Origin: an uncultured Planctomycetia bacterium
GTDB taxonomy: Bacteria > Omnitrophota > Gorgyraeia > JAFGHF01
Length of the DNA: 16,046 bases
Assembly (NCBI GenBank): GCA_964514265.1
Contig: CAZEQA010000013.1
Span: 1-16,046 of the forward strand
Direction of reading: 5' to 3'
How positions within the stretch are numbered: the stretch's first letter is position 1; each line of letters starts with the position of its first letter. Made by a program: the position numbers and the translations under genes. The notes beneath the pieces were generated by a model. That model had not been told where the DNA came from. It saw only the letters and a program-made list of their open reading frames with translations, and searched no databases. Positions 13,017-16,046 of the stretch are shown piece after piece.

Positions 13017-13616
13017 ATGGCAAATTATGCTAAATCGTTAAACAGGTTGATTACCGAATTTTCCAAATTGCCGGGGATCGGTCCTAAGAGCGCAGAACGC
13101 ATGGCTATGTATGTAGTTAAGGGTTCCTTGGATGAGGCCAAGGCCCTGGCATATGCGGTAGTTAAAGCTAAACAGAATCTGCGCTACTGTGAAATTTGTA
13201 ATAATTTGACCGAAGAGAAAATTTGTCCGGTTTGTCAGGACTTCCGTCGAGATAAAGGCACAATCTGTGTAGTTGAAGAGCCCAAGGATGTATTGGCGAT
13301 TGAAAAGTCAGGCGCATACCAGGGCGTTTATCACGTGCTTTTAGGCGCAATCTCTCCTTTGGATGATATAGAGCCTGAAGATTTAAAGATAAGAGAACTT
13401 TTGGGCAGGATAAAGCAGAATGCAGTAAAAGAAATAATTATTGCCACTGATTCTGATGCCGAGGGAGAAACCACAGCGCTATATCTGGCTAAGTTGATTA
13501 AACCCTTAGGAGTGCGGGCTACGCGGATTGCCTGCGGAATTCCCGCGGGAGGAAACTTAGAATACACTGACCAGGCAACGTTAAGCAAGGCATTACAAGG
13601 AAGGCAAGAGGTTTAG
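13017..13616 (+). CDS. recR: Recombination protein RecR.
   Basis: N-terminal HhH (LPGIGPKSAERMA), C4 zinc finger (CEICNNLTEEKICPVCQD), Toprim region (ICVVEEPKDVLAIEKSG...IIATDSDAEGE). 199 aa. Confidence 0.9.
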   Translation: MANYAKSLNRLITEFSKLPGIGPKSAERMAMYVVKGSLDEAKALAYAVVKAKQNLRYCEICNNLTEEKICPVCQDFRRDKGTICVVEEPKDVLAIEKSGAYQGVYHVLLGAISPLDDIEPEDLKIRELLGRIKQNAVKEIIIATDSDAEGETTALYLAKLIKPLGVRATRIACGIPAGGNLEYTDQATLSKALQGRQEV

Positions 13617-13661
13617 TTCGACCATTGCCTTCTTGCTCTAAGCTTTCAGCAACACTTATCG

Positions 13662-13718
13662 CTATAATTGGGAACAGTTCCCTAACTTTTGCTAATAATT
13701 GGGATGGGAACAGTTCCT
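13662..13718 (+). promoter_or_regulatory. Putative por operon promoter with a duplicated operator-like palindrome.
   Basis: Perfect TATAAT (13663-13668) is followed 2 nt later by the palindrome GGAAC-A-GTTCC (13671-13681). A second TAATAAT (13693-13699) is followed, after a TGGGA duplication, by an identical GGAACAGTTCC (13707-13717). An SD GGGAGG and the porG ATG (13741) follow. Confidence 0.5.
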
Positions 13719-13740
13719 CAAGGCAGCAGGGGGAGGTATA

Positions 13741-14310
13741 ATGAAGGATTTGATTGAAGTTCGCTGGCACGGAAGAGGCGGACAGGGAGCAAAAACCGCT
13801 GCCCAGTTTTTAGCAGAGGCAGCGATGGATACAGGAAAGTATATTCAGGCCTTTCCGGAATATGGCCCGGAGCGGGCAGGTGCGCCCATCAGGACCTATA
13901 CCAGAATCAGCACAAAACCGATTAATCTGCATTGTGCTGTAACTAACCCCGCATATGTGGTAGTAATCGACCCAACCCTAACAACCCCGGGGGTTGTGCA
14001 GGGGTTGAATGAACAAGGGGTGCTTTTGGTCAATACCACTGAGTCCCCGGATTCTGTGCGTAAGCAGACCGGCTTTAAAACAGGCAAGGTGGCGACAGTG
14101 GATGCAACCGGAATCTCGCTGGATACCTTAGGCCGCTCAATGCCGAATATGCCGATGCTGGGGGCGCTTTTGAAGATTGCCCCTTTGGTAAAATTAGATG
14201 CCCTTTATGAGAAGACTAAAAAGAAATTTTTGAAAAAGATTGGCGAAGAAAAGACCAAGGCAAATATAGAAGGCATAAAGATAGCTTACGAAAAAGTGAG
14301 GGTAGAATGA
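13741..14310 (+). CDS. porG: Pyruvate:ferredoxin (2-oxoacid:ferredoxin) oxidoreductase gamma subunit.
   Basis: The in-frame ATG at 13741 after a GGGAGG SD gives MKDLIEVRWHGRGGQGAKTAAQFLAEAA..FPEYGPERAGAPIRTYTRIS, the canonical PorG N-terminus. The track ORF start at 13699 is an upstream extension. The stop overlaps the porD start. Confidence 0.8.
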   Translation: MKDLIEVRWHGRGGQGAKTAAQFLAEAAMDTGKYIQAFPEYGPERAGAPIRTYTRISTKPINLHCAVTNPAYVVVIDPTLTTPGVVQGLNEQGVLLVNTTESPDSVRKQTGFKTGKVATVDATGISLDTLGRSMPNMPMLGALLKIAPLVKLDALYEKTKKKFLKKIGEEKTKANIEGIKIAYEKVRVE

Positions 14311-14579
14311 AGAAAGGTTGGAAGGAAATCCCTATTGGCGGTTTGATTGATCAGGCCGGCAGCGCTGCCGAATACAAAAGCGGTGAATGGCGCACATTCC
14401 GTCCTGTGCGGGATGAGAAAAAGTGTATTAATTGCTTAATCTGCTGGATGTATTGCCCGGATTCCTCAATTAAGGTTAAAGATAAGAAGATGGTCGGTTT
14501 CGATTATGAACATTGTAAAGGTTGCGGCATCTGCGCCTCAATTTGCCCGGTGAAGTGTATTAAGATGGAGAAGGAATAG
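14307..14579 (+). CDS. porD: Pyruvate:ferredoxin oxidoreductase delta subunit (2x[4Fe-4S] ferredoxin).
   Basis: 90 aa with two CxxCxxCxxxCP motifs (CINCLICWMYCP, CKGCGICASICP). The KSGEWRTFRPV N-terminus is typical of PorD. Confidence 0.85.
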   Translation: MKKGWKEIPIGGLIDQAGSAAEYKSGEWRTFRPVRDEKKCINCLICWMYCPDSSIKVKDKKMVGFDYEHCKGCGICASICPVKCIKMEKE

Positions 14580-14634
14580 TTTAGTTATCAGTTGTCAATA
14601 ATTAGTTATTAGTTAAAGACAGAAAGAGGGAGAG

Positions 14635-15813
14635 ATGAATAAAGTAGTGGCGTTGATGGGGGACCAGGCAGCGGCCGAGGCGATGCGCCAGATTGAACCG
14701 GATGTAGTGGCTGCCTACCCGATTACCCCTCAGACGGAGATTGTGATGACCTTTGCCCAGTTTGTGGCTGACGGCCGTGTGCAAACCGAAATGATTCCTG
14801 TGGAGTCGGAACATAGTGCGATGAGCGCCTGCGTAGGCGCAGCTGCATCTGGGGCGCGCACCATGACCGCTACTTCGGCAAACGGTTTGGCTTTAATGTG
14901 GGAGATAGTCTATATTGCTGCCTCCACGCGGCTTCCTATTGTGATGCCTGTAGTCAATCGCGCTCTTTCGGCGCCGATTAATATCCACTGCGACCATTCC
15001 GACACAATGGGGGCGAGGGATTCCGGCTGGCTGCAGGTTTATTGCGAGAATAATCAGGAGGTATATGAGAACATTATTATGGCGGTAAGGATTGCCGAAC
15101 ATAAGGATATCTTGCTTCCCATAATGGTCTGCCAGGATGGCTTTATCACCTCGCATGCGGTAGAAGGGGTGAAAATTTACGACGATAAACAGGTGAAAGG
15201 TTTTATCGGAGAATATAAGTTTAAGCATTCACTTCTGGATATAGATAACCCTGTTACTTACGGGCCGCTGGATTTACAGGACTATTATTTTGAGCATAAG
15301 CGCCAGCAGTCGGAGGCGATTAAAAATTCCCTGAAGGCAATTCCCGAGGTCTTCGCCGAATTTAAGAAGCACTTTGGCGTAGGATACGATCTCATTGAGA
15401 CTTATAAACTGGATGACGCGGAGTTGGCGATTGTGGCTCTAAGCTCAACCTGCGGGACGACCAAAGTAGTGGTTGATGAATTACGGGCGCAGGGGAAAAA
15501 GGTCGGCCTGTTAAAGCCGAGATTTTTCCGCCCGTTTCCTAAAGAGAAGATTGTCCGGGCCTTAAGCCGGCTTAAGGCTGTGGCAATTCTGGACAGAAGC
15601 GAATCTTTCTCCAGTCAAGGTGGCCCGCTTTTTGCGGAGATACGCTCGGCCTTATTGGATGAGCCGCAAAGGCCGCTGACGGCCAATTACATCTACGGCC
15701 TCGGCGGAAGAGATATTAATACCGAACAGATTAAATCCGTCTATGCGGATTTGGAAAATATTGTCAAAGAGAAAAAAGTAAAGAATTTAGTAACTTATCT
15801 TGGCGTAAGATGA
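14635..15813 (+). CDS. porA: Pyruvate:ferredoxin oxidoreductase alpha subunit.
   Basis: 392 aa. MGDQAAAEAMRQIEPDVVAAYPITPQTEIV...ESEHSAMSACVGAAASGARTMTATSANGLALM is the conserved PorA/KorA N-terminal domain. Confidence 0.85.
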   Translation: MNKVVALMGDQAAAEAMRQIEPDVVAAYPITPQTEIVMTFAQFVADGRVQTEMIPVESEHSAMSACVGAAASGARTMTATSANGLALMWEIVYIAASTRLPIVMPVVNRALSAPINIHCDHSDTMGARDSGWLQVYCENNQEVYENIIMAVRIAEHKDILLPIMVCQDGFITSHAVEGVKIYDDKQVKGFIGEYKFKHSLLDIDNPVTYGPLDLQDYYFEHKRQQSEAIKNSLKAIPEVFAEFKKHFGVGYDLIETYKLDDAELAIVALSSTCGTTKVVVDELRAQGKKVGLLKPRFFRPFPKEKIVRALSRLKAVAILDRSESFSSQGGPLFAEIRSALLDEPQRPLTANYIYGLGGRDINTEQIKSVYADLENIVKEKKVKNLVTYLGVR

Positions 15814-15940
15814 CATTTTGCCGATAAATCGGCAAACTACATTTATGTGGTGTAGTTGCCCAATTTACTTGTGCCCCCTTAGTATTCGCTAAGGGTAAAC
15901 TCAGGGGTATTGGGCATCGCTTATACGAAGGGAGTTATAA
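15814..15940 (+). other. Unusually long, highly structured porA-porB intergenic spacer.
   Basis: 127 nt containing a perfect palindrome TTTGCCGAT-aa-ATCGGCAAA (15818-15837), then ACTACA..TGTAGT and CCTTAG-tattcg-CTAAGG hairpins, then GGAG and the ATG. Confidence 0.4.
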
Positions 15941-16046
15941 ATGGCCAACATTAAAGAACTATCAGAGAAGATTCCCGAGAGGTTGGGTCCCGGGCACCGT
16001 TTATGCGCCGGCTGCGGCGCCTCGATTGTTGCCCGCCAGGTATTAA
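15941..16046 (+). CDS. porB: Pyruvate:ferredoxin oxidoreductase beta subunit (TPP-binding), N-terminal fragment. The 3' end is cut by the window edge.
   Basis: MANIKELSEKIPERLGPGHRLCAGCGASIVARQVL. The GxxxCxGCG start is characteristic of PorB/KorB. It follows porGDA in the canonical order. Confidence 0.75.
   Translation, partial: MANIKELSEKIPERLGPGHRLCAGCGASIVARQVL

Noticed and set aside
13662-13720. Sigma-54 (-24 GG / -12 GC) promoter upstream of porG, suggested by TGGGAAC...TTCC.
   Set aside because: Spacing and the -12 element do not match TGGCAC-N5-TTGCW. The perfect TATAAT immediately upstream makes a sigma70 promoter with a palindromic operator the simpler reading.
13699-13740. porG start at 13699 (MGWEQFLKAAGGGI...).
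   Set aside because: The extension runs through the operator-like palindrome and the SD. The ATG at 13741 after GGGAGG gives the canonical PorG N-terminus MKDLIEVRWHGRGGQGA.
1-16046. CRISPR arrays, rRNA genes, and large tandem repeats.
   Set aside because: No regularly spaced direct repeats of 25-40 nt and no rRNA-like segments are visible. Repeats present are short hairpins and 10-12 nt tandem duplications only.

Overview
All supportable genes lie on the + strand. No CRISPR array, rRNA, transposase or integrase is visible, and every minus-strand ORF in the track appears to be a shadow of a + strand gene. The window looks like a bacterial chromosomal segment of about 40-45% GC.

Gene order, left to right:
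- hflK (3' end) and hflC
- tRNA-Ser(GGA)
- a 1.47-kb AT-rich islet carrying an HTH antitoxin, a Doc-family toxin (HPFQNGNKR motif) and a Cys-rich 4-TM protein; the islet is bounded by a direct repeat of the tRNA 3' end
- four uncharacterised genes: one cytoplasmic, two with signal peptides, and a GT4 glycosyltransferase
- tRNA-Arg(ACG)
- a membrane-anchored HExxH protein
- tadA
- tRNA-Ser(GCT) with encoded CCA
- an APC amino-acid permease fused to a PTS EIIA type-2 domain
- a CaCA-family cation antiporter
- dnaX and recR
- a porGDAB pyruvate:ferredoxin oxidoreductase operon, partial at the 3' edge

The most interesting signals are:
1. The tRNA-Ser-integrated toxin-antitoxin islet with no integrase.
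2. A conserved roughly 45-nt hairpin element upstream of both tRNA-Ser genes, with a tandem degenerate copy.
3. GC-rich palindromic segments sitting in frame inside the CaCA loop and the dnaX linker.
4. A duplicated TATAAT plus GGAACAGTTCC operator-like palindrome upstream of porG.
5. The permease-EIIA fusion.
6. tRNA-Arg(ACG) lying next to tadA, the enzyme that edits it.
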